Shown here piece by piece: positions 63,331-64,000 of a stretch of DNA of 64,000 nucleotides. Each line of letters begins with the position of its first letter. Position 1 is the first letter of the stretch. This DNA comes from Heptranchias perlo. Taxonomy: Eukaryota. The notes below the pieces were generated by a model. That model was not told the DNA's origin. It saw only the letters and a program-made list of their open reading frames with translations, and ran no database searches. The translations under genes were made by a program, and so were the position numbers. The stretch covers positions 119,722,001 to 119,786,000 of the forward strand of contig NC_090325.1 of the NCBI RefSeq assembly GCF_035084215.1, read 5' to 3'.

Positions 63331-64000
63331 GGAGAGCATAGTCACTCCAGGCCCTCTGCAGCTAAGCTTCCCTTAGCTTAGCTCCTAAATTCAAGCATCG
63401 CTTCCATAAAAAATGCTCCTATTGTGCAATAAGTCTCTTGCAATTCAGTCTACAGTGGTCTATCTCCTCTGGATTCAGCATGTTAGGTAATCATATTGAA
63501 ATAGCCAATCCTCAGGGCTCCACCGACTTTATTGCTGACAATGCTGAGGGAGTGCCCAGCAACAAGAGAATGGCAGGAGCTGGCATGGATGATGGAAATG
63601 TCTCTCAAGGGCAAAGCCACATCAATATTACTTAGTATCTCTGTTTAAACGACTACAGATAGCATTCAGGCTCAAGCATCTACTAAATCAATGCCAATGG
63701 CGCCTGTAATTGCAGGGCTATCAACTGACTCAGCACAAGGAGGTAATATCCCTATTAGCAGACACTGACCAACAGCAGCCATCCACCTCACTTCCTCTTC
63801 AAACTGGTGAAACCACTGAGAAGGAGCACAGGGTTATTAAGTTGAAGCCACACATCATACATTTTCACAAAGTGGAAGCACCAGGGTAAAACTGAGCACA
63901 TCTGCACCAGTTTAATAAAATGAGTGCCTCACTTAATGTGTAGTGGCAGTTCATTTGGGATGAGACACAGTAAAGTAGTTTGGGAGAAATGCTGTTGTAT

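Overview
Vertebrate genomic DNA, almost certainly a cartilaginous fish (shark-type CR1 LINEs, DeuSINE, Penelope and Harbinger repeats). The only host gene is a complete three-exon FGF5 on the minus strand (CDS 7276-7003, 5788-5685, 2088-1738; 242 aa). It has a TATA promoter, a uORF and exon-2-skipping (FGF5S) potential, and sits in a CpG-retaining, almost TE-free ~9.4 kb domain. The ~55 kb upstream is a nested TE graveyard: many CR1 fragments (one with a 704-codon open RT frame), a second LINE family, DeuSINEs, an LF-SINE-like copy, several two-gene Harbinger transposons (HARBI1-like transposase + Myb/SANT) and Penelope termini with degenerate minimal hammerhead motifs. The most notable object is a deleted LTR provirus (19950 to ~28432) with a 792-bp LTR, a tRNA-Arg PBS, a coiled-coil gag-like frame, a 'WWP..CxxC..LQIDYIG' integrase remnant and an env-like tail; this points to a spuma-related/class III-like retrovirus that the ORF track almost entirely misses. 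A second CpG-rich unique island at ~58.9-60.2 kb has a TATA box and a cryptic exon of unknown identity. All comparisons to known sequences are from memory and by eye; TE boundaries are approximate.
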